A DNA stretch of 44,636 bases from a virus, in UHGV virus genome UHGV-0349104. One strand, 5' to 3'. This document shows positions 18,363 to 27,141 of this stretch, piece after piece (within the stretch, counting starts at the first letter, position 1; the number at the start of each line of letters is the position of its first letter). A program made the position numbers and the translations under genes. The notes beneath the pieces are model-generated. The model did not search any database and was not told the DNA's origin. It saw only the letters and a list, made by a program, of their open reading frames with translations.

Positions 18363-18863
18363 TTAGTCTTCCTCTTCATCGTCTTCCTCCGTTGCCGCTT
18401 CCAGCTTTATGAACTCGGGAAGAACCGCAATGCTGCCGCATTCGTCATCCATTTCAACAGCCTTGAAGCCGAGCTTACGGGCAAAGGCGATCCGCATGGC
18501 CTGAGCCTCCCAACTTGCGTCATCGTCGTCCATATTGAGGAGGTTTACCCAGTCTTCATCTTGATAACCAATTTTCTCTTCAACCACGGCATACCAGCAG
18601 AGATCAAAATACTTTTCGTCTATACCGCGCTCTGCCATAACTTCACGTAGAGCCGTTCCAGCAGCGCCATCTTCAAGATACGGGAGATCCTCGTTCAAGA
18701 AGATGTCCTTGATGTCTATTTCGCACTGGTAGACGTAATTTCCGTATTCCTTTGCATGTCCGTAAGTACGGGCAAAGAACACCGCGCCGAAGTTATACCC
18801 TAACCCTGTTCCTGAGTTAGAGATAGCCAGATGTTCAATCATGCTTCCGTGGTATAGCTTCAT
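18363..18863 (-). CDS. DUF3990-like protein, possible ADP-ribosyltransferase-like fold
   Basis: N-terminus MKLYHGS (H-G-S motif), Tyr-rich FFARTYGHAKEYGNYVY, acidic tail EEDDEEED; start at ATG 18863 behind RBS AAGGAGAAG. Confidence 0.45.
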   Translation of the reverse strand: MKLYHGSMIEHLAISNSGTGLGYNFGAVFFARTYGHAKEYGNYVYQCEIDIKDIFLNEDLPYLEDGAAGTALREVMAERGIDEKYFDLCWYAVVEEKIGYQDEDWVNLLNMDDDDASWEAQAMRIAFARKLGFKAVEMDDECGSIAVLPEFIKLEAATEEDDEEED

Positions 18864-18876
18864 GGTGGCTTCTCCT

Positions 18877-20007
18877 TTACCCTTTCGTTGAAAATACAAT
18901 AGCACCATTTTTTGAAAAAATAAACAATTTTTCAAAAAAAGTTTTATCGTATTTCAAGGCCGTAGCCCGGATTCGATCCGCAAAGGGGATAATATCTTCC
19001 AATTTTTCGATGTCTTCCTTTGCGTCCTTATTCTCCCCATCAAACAGTCCGACCCTCCACTGTTTTCCGTTGAAATACAGACGGCACAGAGGCTTGAGCC
19101 TGTTGTCGTCAAGAAGGATAGAGCAGTAGCTGATACTGTCCCGCATGGCTACGCGCCCCGGATCAACGGTGCCCACCAGAAGCGATTTGACAAGGTAATA
19201 CGCCTCTTTTTCTTCCTCGGTGGTGACTATACGCGAATCCTGCTCTTTTCCTTGTGGGGCATCTTCGGATTCTATCTCTACAATTTCCGGTTTCTGCTGC
19301 GTCATGGCATTTTTCAATCGGTCGTTGATGCGGTCGTTGATGAACTGGTCAAGCGCAGCGGTAAGGATTGGAGTGAAGCGATCCAGAACGTTTTGCGTGA
19401 TACGCCCATCATACGTCTGTCCGATGAAAAAGCGTGCGAAATCTTCGTGGGGCGTTTCCATCTGTTCCCCCATGATGCGCTTGAACTCACGGTTGTACTT
19501 AAGTTCGTTTGCCGCGCTCATGCAGGCGTCTCGATTAAATTTGCCTTTTGCCAGCTTGCGCAGTTCCGGAAGCAGCATTTCATCCATATCGTCAAGGACG
19601 AACTCCATATAGGGTTTGCTGTCCATTTTGTTTGCTGCTTCAAGGTCGGAATAGAACCGGTAACGGTTGCCGTCCGTCAGAATGGCAATGGGGGCTTCCG
19701 TCCCGTGGAAGTAAAGCTGGAGCTGGTTGCAGTGCTTCATGTCAAGAGACGTGCCCAAAGCCTTGCATTCCAGAAGAAGGATAGGCTTGCCGTCAACAAG
19801 AATCGCATAGTCCACGCGGGCGTCCTTATATTCGCCGATGGGGGCTGAAAATTCGGGCACGACTTCCGCAGGGTTGAAAACGTCGTATCCCAGGGCCGCG
19901 ATGAAAGGCATCACCAAGGCGTTTTTCGTGGCCTCTTCGGTCTTGAGGCTATCTCCCAGATTCTTTACCTTTTTCGACAATTCAGCAATTCTTTCCGAAA
20001 AATCCAT
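18877..20007 (-). CDS. HsdR_N-type PD-(D/E)xK nuclease-like protein (stand-alone type I R N-terminal domain)
   Basis: EEATKNALVMPFIAALGYD...ARVDYAILVDGKPILLLECKALG matches type I HsdR N-terminal nuclease-fold pattern; about 250 aa of unassigned C-terminal sequence; GC about 47%. Confidence 0.5.
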   Translation of the reverse strand: MDFSERIAELSKKVKNLGDSLKTEEATKNALVMPFIAALGYDVFNPAEVVPEFSAPIGEYKDARVDYAILVDGKPILLLECKALGTSLDMKHCNQLQLYFHGTEAPIAILTDGNRYRFYSDLEAANKMDSKPYMEFVLDDMDEMLLPELRKLAKGKFNRDACMSAANELKYNREFKRIMGEQMETPHEDFARFFIGQTYDGRITQNVLDRFTPILTAALDQFINDRINDRLKNAMTQQKPEIVEIESEDAPQGKEQDSRIVTTEEEKEAYYLVKSLLVGTVDPGRVAMRDSISYCSILLDDNRLKPLCRLYFNGKQWRVGLFDGENKDAKEDIEKLEDIIPFADRIRATALKYDKTFFEKLFIFSKNGAIVFSTKG

Positions 20008-20042
20008 GGTCCTCTCTCCCTGTTCGGATTCAAGTTAATATA

Positions 20043-20642
20043 TTAAGATTTATATATTTTCTTATAGGTTTTCCAAGAATACAGTCCGGAAAGGATAGTG
20101 AGGATTCCCCATAACAAGGCCCCATTCGTATTGGGCGGCGTTTGGAGGGCACAACTCAGCCACAATACGGCTAGCACTACTGTTATCAGCACTCCAATGA
20201 TAAGGGCAATTTTTTTAGGGGGCGTCTGAGAACGTTCATGATGTATAAGCGGGTTTGGTTCTCCACGCTCTTGGGCCAATTGGTCATCAAAAAGGTGTGC
20301 GCGGATAACCTCCATCATGGGGCTATTCACCTTTGCCAATGCCTTATTTCCATTTTTGAACTCAATAATGACGGTAGACTCAGTCGTCTTGCCTCCAGCT
20401 ACCGCACCCGCAACCGCTCCGATGCCTCCAAGCAAGACGCCGCCGACAAGTGCGCCTCCCAAAGTTCCGCCGAGCTTTTTGACCGATTCTTCATTGGCTA
20501 CTTCGCAAGAGGCAATACTGGAAAGAAAAAGTTCCTTTGCTCCAAACATTTTTGAAGAGCAACGCAACTTGTTTTTATTCTTAATGTAAATATATTCTTC
20601 TTTCCCGTAGTCCCCTGCCAGAAACTTGATGTAGGTAGCCAT
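20043..20642 (-). CDS. glycine-zipper membrane protein
   Basis: LGGTLGGALVGGVLLGGIGAVAGAVAGG glycine zipper plus two C-terminal TM helices IALIIGVLITVVLAVLWL and LLWGILTILSGLYSW; GC about 42%; TATAAT and RBS AAGGGGGA upstream. Confidence 0.5.
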   Translation of the reverse strand: MATYIKFLAGDYGKEEYIYIKNKNKLRCSSKMFGAKELFLSSIASCEVANEESVKKLGGTLGGALVGGVLLGGIGAVAGAVAGGKTTESTVIIEFKNGNKALAKVNSPMMEVIRAHLFDDQLAQERGEPNPLIHHERSQTPPKKIALIIGVLITVVLAVLWLSCALQTPPNTNGALLWGILTILSGLYSWKTYKKIYKS

Positions 20643-20704
20643 ACATCATCCCCCTTATTATAGATGAGGCTATCATGGCATAGGCCGTTCCAAAAATCCA
20701 CCGC

Positions 20705-20727
20705 CGCCGCCCTCCGCCCCGAAAGGG
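20705..20727 (+). terminator. putative small terminator hairpin
   Basis: GCCCC-GAAA-GGGGC followed by TTTTCTTTT. Confidence 0.3.
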
Positions 20728-20735
20728 GCTTTTCT

Positions 20736-20752
20736 TTTGCCTGTACGAACCT
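20736..20752 (+). promoter_or_regulatory. conserved boundary motif GAACCTTGTTCACGGTG (copy 3)
   Basis: Immediately right of island 1 and 65 nt upstream of BRO gene start. Confidence 0.5.
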
Positions 20753-20816
20753 TGTTCACGGTGTGCCCCCACGCCGCCATGCTGCATCATCTCCAAAACA
20801 CTATGGAGGTGCAGCG

Positions 20817-21281
20817 ATGGAAAAATCTCCCTTGGCTTTTTTTGAACATGAAAAGTTCGGTTCCCTTCGCGTCGTCAGAAGCGATCAGGGGACCCAGTGG
20901 TTCGTGGCGAAAGACGTGTGCGGGTGTCTCGGGCTGGATACCAGTAACCTTTCAAAAATGTTGGATGAAGACGAGCTTTCGACCTACCCCGTACAGTATA
21001 CGGATCAGGTCAGGAATCTTTCCGTTGTATCCGAACCGGGCCTGTATTCCCTCATCCTGCGTTCCCGCAAGCCCGAAGCCAAGGCGTTCAAGCGATGGGT
21101 GACGCATGACATCCTCCCCTCCATCCGCAAGACTGGCGCGTATGTGGCGAGCACGAAAGAAAGCCCCCGTTCCTTGACTGGTTCGGGGGCTCATGCTATC
21201 GAAAGGTTGTCACACCAAGAGCCGATAGCATCGGTCTGGTCCTTCAATGAGGCGAATGTGTTGGAGCCTCATCGTCGGTAG
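20817..21281 (+). CDS. BRO-N domain protein (anti-repressor-like)
   Basis: FEHEKFGSLRVV..WFVAKDVCGCLGL..SEPGLYSLILRSRKPEAKAFKRWVTHDILPSIRKTGAY typical BRO-N; start at ATG 20817 behind RBS GGAGGTG. Confidence 0.65.
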   Translation: MEKSPLAFFEHEKFGSLRVVRSDQGTQWFVAKDVCGCLGLDTSNLSKMLDEDELSTYPVQYTDQVRNLSVVSEPGLYSLILRSRKPEAKAFKRWVTHDILPSIRKTGAYVASTKESPRSLTGSGAHAIERLSHQEPIASVWSFNEANVLEPHRR

Positions 21282-21310
21282 AACCAACCAACACGAAAAG
21301 GATAGATGAT

Positions 21311-22120
21311 ATGAATGATTCTGTCAAGTCTCTCGTTGAAGTAAGCACTCGCACCATCAATGGCAAGGAGGTCCTCGCCGTAACCTCGCTTCAGGTGGCC
21401 AAGCATTTTGAGAAAGAACACAAGCATGTCCTGCGTGACATTCGTATAATTCTTGAGGCTGATGAAGATGGATTTAGTGAGTCCAATTTTGGACTCTCCT
21501 CTTATCTGACCGAACAGAATAAGGAAATGCCCATGTATGTCATGAGCAAGGACGGCTTTGTTCTCCTTGTCATGGGATATACGGGGCCTGAAGCTATGCG
21601 GATGAAGAAAGCCTACATCGCCCGCTTCAACGAAATGGAGGAACAGCTTCGCGCCGCGTCGCCGCTTCTCCCCAACTTCCGCGACCCCATCGCGGCAGCC
21701 GAGGCGTGGATTGTGGCGGAACGCGCACGGCTGGCGGAACAGGCTCGTGCCGACTATTACCAGCGCACCAAGGCCGAGATTGGTTCTCGCCGCGAGGCTA
21801 CCGCAATGGCGACCGCATCCGCCGCCGTCCGCAAGGCCGCGGCTCTTGAGAACGAACTTGGGCGGGGCAGGGACTACAAGTCCGTGAAGGGCATCCCGTG
21901 GTTCCTCGAAGTCTTCATCGACGTACCTGCCGCGTACTCGGTCGCGGGGCGAAAGCTCTCGGAACTCTCACGTCGGCTTGGATATGAAATCCGTGAAGTC
22001 GAGGACACGCGCTACGGTATCGTCAAGGCGTACCACGCGGATGTCATTACGGCCTTCCGTGTGGCGCTTCGCGATGACCTGAACATGATGCGCAAGTACC
22101 GCCTTCGCCGTGCTGCATAG
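21311..22120 (+). CDS. Rha family phage regulatory protein
   Basis: N-terminal INGKEVLAVTSLQVAKHFEKEHKHVLRDIRIIL typical of phage pRha domain. Confidence 0.6.
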   Translation: MNDSVKSLVEVSTRTINGKEVLAVTSLQVAKHFEKEHKHVLRDIRIILEADEDGFSESNFGLSSYLTEQNKEMPMYVMSKDGFVLLVMGYTGPEAMRMKKAYIARFNEMEEQLRAASPLLPNFRDPIAAAEAWIVAERARLAEQARADYYQRTKAEIGSRREATAMATASAAVRKAAALENELGRGRDYKSVKGIPWFLEVFIDVPAAYSVAGRKLSELSRRLGYEIREVEDTRYGIVKAYHADVITAFRVALRDDLNMMRKYRLRRAA

Positions 22121-22122
22121 CC

Positions 22123-22139
22123 GAACTTTGTTCACGGTG
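22123..22139 (+). promoter_or_regulatory. conserved boundary motif GAACTTTGTTCACGGTG (copy 4)
   Basis: 3 nt after Rha stop, 56 nt before first tail-module gene. Confidence 0.5.
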
Positions 22140-22194
22140 ATTTCGTCCCGGCTCTTTTGCCATGATGACCAAAACAACGGAGGGATACAGAGAT

Positions 22195-22608
22195 ATGGCC
22201 AGACCCAAAAAGAATACCGCCCCGGAAACAACGCAGGCGACGAAGACGGATACCGTGATGGTCGCCCTGAACCGGACGACCGGGATCACGTTCCCCATGC
22301 CCGACGGACGCAAGGTGCTCATCGAAGGCAACGCCGCCAGCCTGCGCGGAAAGGAAAAGGGCGTGCTGCCCGTGGGCGCGTTCGGGCTGACGCGGGTGAA
22401 CGCCGACGATTGGGCGTACATTGAAAAGACCTATGGGCCGCACATGGAAATCTTCAAGTCCGGGCTTATCTTCGCGCAGGCGCGCAAGGCCGACGCCGTG
22501 GACGAGGCCGACGAAAGGGCGGAACTGCGCAACGGGCTGGAGCCCGTGGATGTGGAGAACGACCCCAAGGCGCAGACCGAACCGCTCCAGAGCAAGGTGG
22601 GGTTCTAA
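22195..22608 (+). CDS. hypothetical structural-module protein
   Basis: First gene after motif copy 4; start at ATG 22195. Confidence 0.35.
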   Translation: MARPKKNTAPETTQATKTDTVMVALNRTTGITFPMPDGRKVLIEGNAASLRGKEKGVLPVGAFGLTRVNADDWAYIEKTYGPHMEIFKSGLIFAQARKADAVDEADERAELRNGLEPVDVENDPKAQTEPLQSKVGF

Positions 22609-22611
22609 CCC

Positions 22612-23043
22612 GTGGCTGTTGTTGTCTTTGACCCGCAGGAGTTCCGGGAGGCCTATCCGCGCTTCTTCGATCCGAAGACCGGGCAGCCCCTCCTGACCGA
22701 TGCACAGCTTCGGCAGGCATTCGACGTCGCCTGTCTGCTCTTGGACAACACAAACTCATCCCCGGTTCCTTATGATCCGGCCCACGGCATCATGATCCGC
22801 AAGACGCTTCTGTATCTCCTCGTTTGCCATCTGGCGACGCTGGCCTTGTGGCCGATGGGGCAGGCCGGGCCAGTGGCCTCGGCGACGGAAGGAACTGTCA
22901 GCATCAGCTTCTCCGTGCCCCAGGACACCGGGAAAGCCTTTTACGCGCAGACGCCGTGCGGACAGACGTTTTGGCAGGCCATCCAGCCCTATGCCGTGGG
23001 CGGTCGCTACTATGCCGCCCGGTATTGGCATCCGTGGGGGTAA
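22612..23043 (+). CDS. putative head-tail connector protein
   Basis: 143 aa; GTG start adjacent to previous stop; position between head and tail genes. Confidence 0.3.
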   Translation: MAVVVFDPQEFREAYPRFFDPKTGQPLLTDAQLRQAFDVACLLLDNTNSSPVPYDPAHGIMIRKTLLYLLVCHLATLALWPMGQAGPVASATEGTVSISFSVPQDTGKAFYAQTPCGQTFWQAIQPYAVGGRYYAARYWHPWG

Positions 23044-23606
23044 TGGTGTCCGGAGAACTCGAAAAGCTGCTCAAGCGGTACATTACCCCCGATATCGTCG
23101 TGAAGGCCGGGGTGCTCGAAAATGCGACGCGGGGCGAAGGTGGTACTCCCGTCGCAGAGTATGCGGCGTACAACGAATACGGCGCAACAATCGAAATCCC
23201 TGAGCGGACGCAAACCTTGTACTTCAAGCGGAAGCGTGACGGCAGCGTCGGGAATCGGTTCGTGAAGAAGGGCAAAAGTGATTTTGCGCAGGATGCGTCG
23301 GTCAAAGCCCACACCGTCACCATCCCCTCACGGCCTTTCCTGCGCTCAACGCTCGATGCCAAGGCAGACGCATGGTGCGATAACCTCGCGGAAGCGTTGG
23401 AAGCCGGACGGACGCCGAAAGAGGCGATGCGGCTTGTGGGACGCCGCATGGCAGACGACATTCAAGCAACGATCAAGAGTAATATGCCCCCGGACAACGC
23501 CGAATCCACCAAGCGCCGCAAGAACGCCAAGGGCGCGGGAAAGGGGACGCTCATCGATTCCGGAAGCCTGCTCAAGTCCATCGATTACGAGGTAGTCAAA
23601 AAATGA
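23044..23606 (+). CDS. putative virion morphogenesis / tail completion protein
   Basis: 187 aa; TAATG overlap with upstream gene; positional inference. Confidence 0.3.
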
Positions 23607-24034
23607 ATCTCCATGAACTTGTGCGTCCGCTTATCAGCATCGTGAACCCTTTCCAGTCGGTCGTGATTCTCGTCTCCACAGGCTTCACCATAACCGCGCA
23701 GTATGAGCAGGTCCCGGCATGGGCCCCCGCCGTTGAAGTCATGGCGCAGCCTCAGCCTGTCGCCGACAAGACGCTGCAATTCCTCGTGCAGCAGCGCCAG
23801 AACACGATCTGGCACGACTTTTATCTTTCAGGGGACTGGTCGGCCCTTGATCGTCCGGCGGAGCAGGGCGGCGATCTTCTCTACTGGGATGGCGCCGAGT
23901 GGCAGGTAGATCAAGTTCTGGAGCGCTGGAATCCCACGGCAGGCTGGACGAAAATCCGGTGCGTGAAGCTCCGGGAAACCGCGCCGCCGGAAGTCGGGGC
24001 CACGGAACCGCCCAAAGGGGGAGACGATGAGTGA
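23603..24034 (+). CDS. hypothetical neck/tail protein
   Basis: ATGA-coupled ORF in tail module. Confidence 0.3.
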   Translation: MNLHELVRPLISIVNPFQSVVILVSTGFTITAQYEQVPAWAPAVEVMAQPQPVADKTLQFLVQQRQNTIWHDFYLSGDWSALDRPAEQGGDLLYWDGAEWQVDQVLERWNPTAGWTKIRCVKLRETAPPEVGATEPPKGGDDE

Positions 24035-24512
24035 CGGCATCCTCGTGCAGGCCCTCGGCGATTTTTGTAAGCGTTACCTCGGCGATTCCGCCGTCGTTGT
24101 GCGCGGCTACGTCAACCGTGTGAGCAAGCCGAAGGCGAAAAACTACGTGCTCGTCACCCCGATGAGCATGACGCGCCTCTCGACGAACCTGCACCAGACC
24201 GAGTGCGGCGGAGAGGCCATCGTGCAGCCGCAGCGCCGCCGTGTCCAGCTTGACGTCTACGGCCCGACCGCCGCCGACCGTGCCCAGACGCTCGCAACGC
24301 TCCTGCGCGACGGCGTCGGGTGCCGTTTCCTGCAAACGTACGGGATTGCCCCTCTGTACGTCGAAGACCCGCAGGACATGACACAGGCGGAAGGGGACGA
24401 GCAGTACAACCCCCGCTTCATGCTCAACGTGCTGGTTCAGGCAAACCGCATTGAACACGTTGAGATGGATACTTTTACCGACGCGGAACTTTCCGTGCAT
24501 CCGCTGGCATAG
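24027..24512 (+). CDS. hypothetical tail protein (possible sheath terminator/initiator)
   Basis: 161 aa, overlapping-coupled, immediately upstream of sheath gene. Confidence 0.3.
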   Translation: MSDGILVQALGDFCKRYLGDSAVVVRGYVNRVSKPKAKNYVLVTPMSMTRLSTNLHQTECGGEAIVQPQRRRVQLDVYGPTAADRAQTLATLLRDGVGCRFLQTYGIAPLYVEDPQDMTQAEGDEQYNPRFMLNVLVQANRIEHVEMDTFTDAELSVHPLA

Positions 24513-24530
24513 CAAACACAGGAGGGCGCA

Positions 24531-26036
24531 ATGAGCGTCAATGCCGACAAACTGGTTCAAATCATCCCCCGCATCATCGAGGGCGGCACGCCGGGCCTGA
24601 CCTTCGCCGGGCTCATCCTTTCGCAGTCCGAGCTTTTGCCCGCAGGTAGAGTCGTTCAGTTCGCCAGCGCGCAGGCCGTGGCGAATTATTTCGGTTCGCT
24701 TTCGGAAGAAGCAAGCATGGCTTCCATGTACTTTTCCGGCTATGTGAACACGACGAGCCTCCCGGACAAGATCTTCTTTGCCCGGTACAACGGCGAGGCC
24801 GTGGGCGCATGGCTGCGCGGCGCGAAGTATACGGGCAATCTCGCCGTGTTGCAGGCCGTCACCAACGGCGCGATGGTTATTTCCATCGACAACACGCCGC
24901 ACACGCTTTCCTCCGTGGATTTGTCCGCTGCAATCAGCTTCTCGCAGGTTGCGGAGGCGATCCAGACCGCGCTCACGACGGCGGGCGCGACCGGGGCGAA
25001 GGTGACGTACTCCAGCCAGACTGGGGCGTTCCAGATCGACAGCCCGACGACCGGGGCAAGTTCCGCCGTGGCCTTTCCGACGCCGCCGGAAGCCGGGACC
25101 GACCTCGGCGCACTTTTGCTGCTCACCGAACAGTCCGGGGCCGTCCAGTCCGTAGGCATGGCCGCGCAGACGCTCCCCGACTGCATGACCAACGTGCTCA
25201 TGTATGCCCGCGACTGGGTGACGTTCTCAACGGTATGGGAGCCCGAGCTTGACGATAAGATCGCGCTCGCACAATGGTGCGCCGGGTATGACACACGTTT
25301 CGCCTATGTGCTGTGGGATACCGACAACGCCGCGCAGGTCGCGGGTTCCACGGCCTCGGCGGGGTATCAGATCGCCAAAATGCTCGAACTTGACGGGACG
25401 GTTCCCGTGTTCAACACGCCTGAGCTCGCCGCGTGGGTCATGGGCACGGCGGCCTCTATCAACTTTGAAGAGACGAACGGACGGCTCACATTCGCCTTCA
25501 AGCAAGGCGAAGGGCTTGCCGTAACCTGCGACAACGACGAGAACTATGATGCGCTGATCGCCAATGGCTACAACTGTTATGCGGACTTCGCCACGGCCTC
25601 CAGCCAGTTCAAGTTTTTCCAGAATGGGCAGGTTTCCGGCAAATGGGGCTGGCTCGACACCTACCTTGACGCCATCGCCATCAAAGACGGCCTCCAGCTT
25701 AACCTCCTTGATCTGTTCAAGGCCGTAAAGTGCATCCCCTACAACGAGAGCGGCTACGGCATGATCCGCACGGCATGTCTCGACACCATCACGCGGTTTC
25801 TCGACTTCGGGGCTATCCGCACGGGCGTGACCCTCTCGAACACCCAAAAGGTGCAGCTCCTCGCGGAAATCGGGCTGGACGTTTCCCAGACGCTTGAAAC
25901 GCAGGGCTGGTATATGCAGGTCAAGGACCCCGGCGCGACCGTACGCGGACAACGCCAGTCCCCCGAATGCAAATTTTACTACATGGACGGCGGCAGCGTG
26001 CAGCAAATCGTCATGCCCGCCACGGCCATTCAGTGA
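24531..26036 (+). CDS. tail sheath protein
   Basis: 501 aa directly upstream of 149-aa tube protein; RBS AGGAGGG; canonical myovirus arrangement. Confidence 0.55.
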   Translation: MSVNADKLVQIIPRIIEGGTPGLTFAGLILSQSELLPAGRVVQFASAQAVANYFGSLSEEASMASMYFSGYVNTTSLPDKIFFARYNGEAVGAWLRGAKYTGNLAVLQAVTNGAMVISIDNTPHTLSSVDLSAAISFSQVAEAIQTALTTAGATGAKVTYSSQTGAFQIDSPTTGASSAVAFPTPPEAGTDLGALLLLTEQSGAVQSVGMAAQTLPDCMTNVLMYARDWVTFSTVWEPELDDKIALAQWCAGYDTRFAYVLWDTDNAAQVAGSTASAGYQIAKMLELDGTVPVFNTPELAAWVMGTAASINFEETNGRLTFAFKQGEGLAVTCDNDENYDALIANGYNCYADFATASSQFKFFQNGQVSGKWGWLDTYLDAIAIKDGLQLNLLDLFKAVKCIPYNESGYGMIRTACLDTITRFLDFGAIRTGVTLSNTQKVQLLAEIGLDVSQTLETQGWYMQVKDPGATVRGQRQSPECKFYYMDGGSVQQIVMPATAIQ

Positions 26037-26047
26037 TGAGGTAAAAC

Positions 26048-26497
26048 ATGGCTGACAACTTCGGCAACATGACGATTACAGCGGCAAATTGCACGCTTTT
26101 CCTGACGGTTCCCGGGCTCTACGACAGTCCCGTGCAGATCGAGGGGTTCAGCACCGACGCGATGGTCAGCGTCGCCACGAATACCCCAGTCGTCGCGGAA
26201 AAGGGCGTTGACGGGCATACCTCTTTTGGTTGGGTCCCGACCAACAAAGAAGTTACGATTACCCTCGCTGCGGACTCGCCCAGCCGCCAGATCATGGAAG
26301 ATTGGGCCACGTATCAGGAAACCGCCCGGGAAGTGATGCTCTGCAATGCCGAGTTCGCCATGCCGAGCATCAACCGGAAGATCACCGGGAAACGGGGCGG
26401 CCTCACCTCCGTACAGTCCAGCCCCAACGCCGCTCAGACCTTGCAGGCGAGCGCCTTCGTCATCACCTTTGACCAGTGGACCGCGAGTCCGCTTTAA
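26048..26497 (+). CDS. tail tube protein
   Basis: 149 aa between sheath and chaperone/tape measure. Confidence 0.5.
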   Translation: MADNFGNMTITAANCTLFLTVPGLYDSPVQIEGFSTDAMVSVATNTPVVAEKGVDGHTSFGWVPTNKEVTITLAADSPSRQIMEDWATYQETAREVMLCNAEFAMPSINRKITGKRGGLTSVQSSPNAAQTLQASAFVITFDQWTASPL

Positions 26498-26512
26498 ACC
26501 GTGGAGGCCGTC

Positions 26513-27010
26513 ATGCTCAACGAAAAGATCATTGCCATCGACAAGGGCCGCGACGCCGGGAAGACCTTCAAGGTCAAGGAAATGCCCGTCACCAAGCTGG
26601 AAAAATGGGCCGCCCGTGCGCTGCTCGCCGTCTTCGGTTCCGAGATGCCCGCCGACATCCGGACGCTTTCAGCGTCTTCGAACACCGCCGCGCTGCTTTC
26701 CGCCGGGCTCCGGGGGCTCTCAGGGCTCCGGTGGGAACAGGCAGAGCCGCTCTATGACGAGCTTCTCGGGCAGATCTATCGCGTCCCGAACCCCCACAAG
26801 CCCGATGATGCCATCAGGCTTACTCCGCAAAACCTCGACGCCCATGTCGAAGACGTGGGCACGATCTATCGTTTGCGTTGGGAGGCCATCGCCGTCTGTC
26901 TGGATTTTTTGCAGGGCGGCGAGGGCTTGACCTCCCGCCTGTCGCAGATCCTCACCCCCTCGGGCTCCGGGACTACGCAAACCTCCCCGGATGCGTCGGC
27001 ATCCCGGTAA
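26513..27010 (+). CDS. tail assembly chaperone (G-like)
   Basis: Sits between tube and tape measure; RBS GGAGG; contains slippery heptamer T_TTT_TTG at 26905-26911. Confidence 0.55.
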   Translation: MLNEKIIAIDKGRDAGKTFKVKEMPVTKLEKWAARALLAVFGSEMPADIRTLSASSNTAALLSAGLRGLSGLRWEQAEPLYDELLGQIYRVPNPHKPDDAIRLTPQNLDAHVEDVGTIYRLRWEAIAVCLDFLQGGEGLTSRLSQILTPSGSGTTQTSPDASASR

Positions 27011-27141
27011 GCCGGAACCTCGCAACGCTGCACGAGATGCAGACAGTGTACGGCCTGTCCGATGCCTACGAGATGCTAGAAATCATCGCCGTGGACGGCC
27101 ATAACCAACGCCTCTGGAGCAAATTCCATGAACGCAGGTGA
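26905..27141 (+). other. -1 frameshift extension of tail chaperone (GT-like product)
   Basis: -1 frame open from the slippery site to 27141 (FFAGRRGLDLPP...AYEMLEIIAVDGHNQRLWSKFHERR), ending inside tape measure start. Confidence 0.5.

Noticed and set aside
18955-18995. tRNA-like T-loop sequence GGATCGAATCC
   Set aside because: It lies inside the HsdR_N-like CDS. No acceptor or anticodon arms could be built, so it is not a tRNA.
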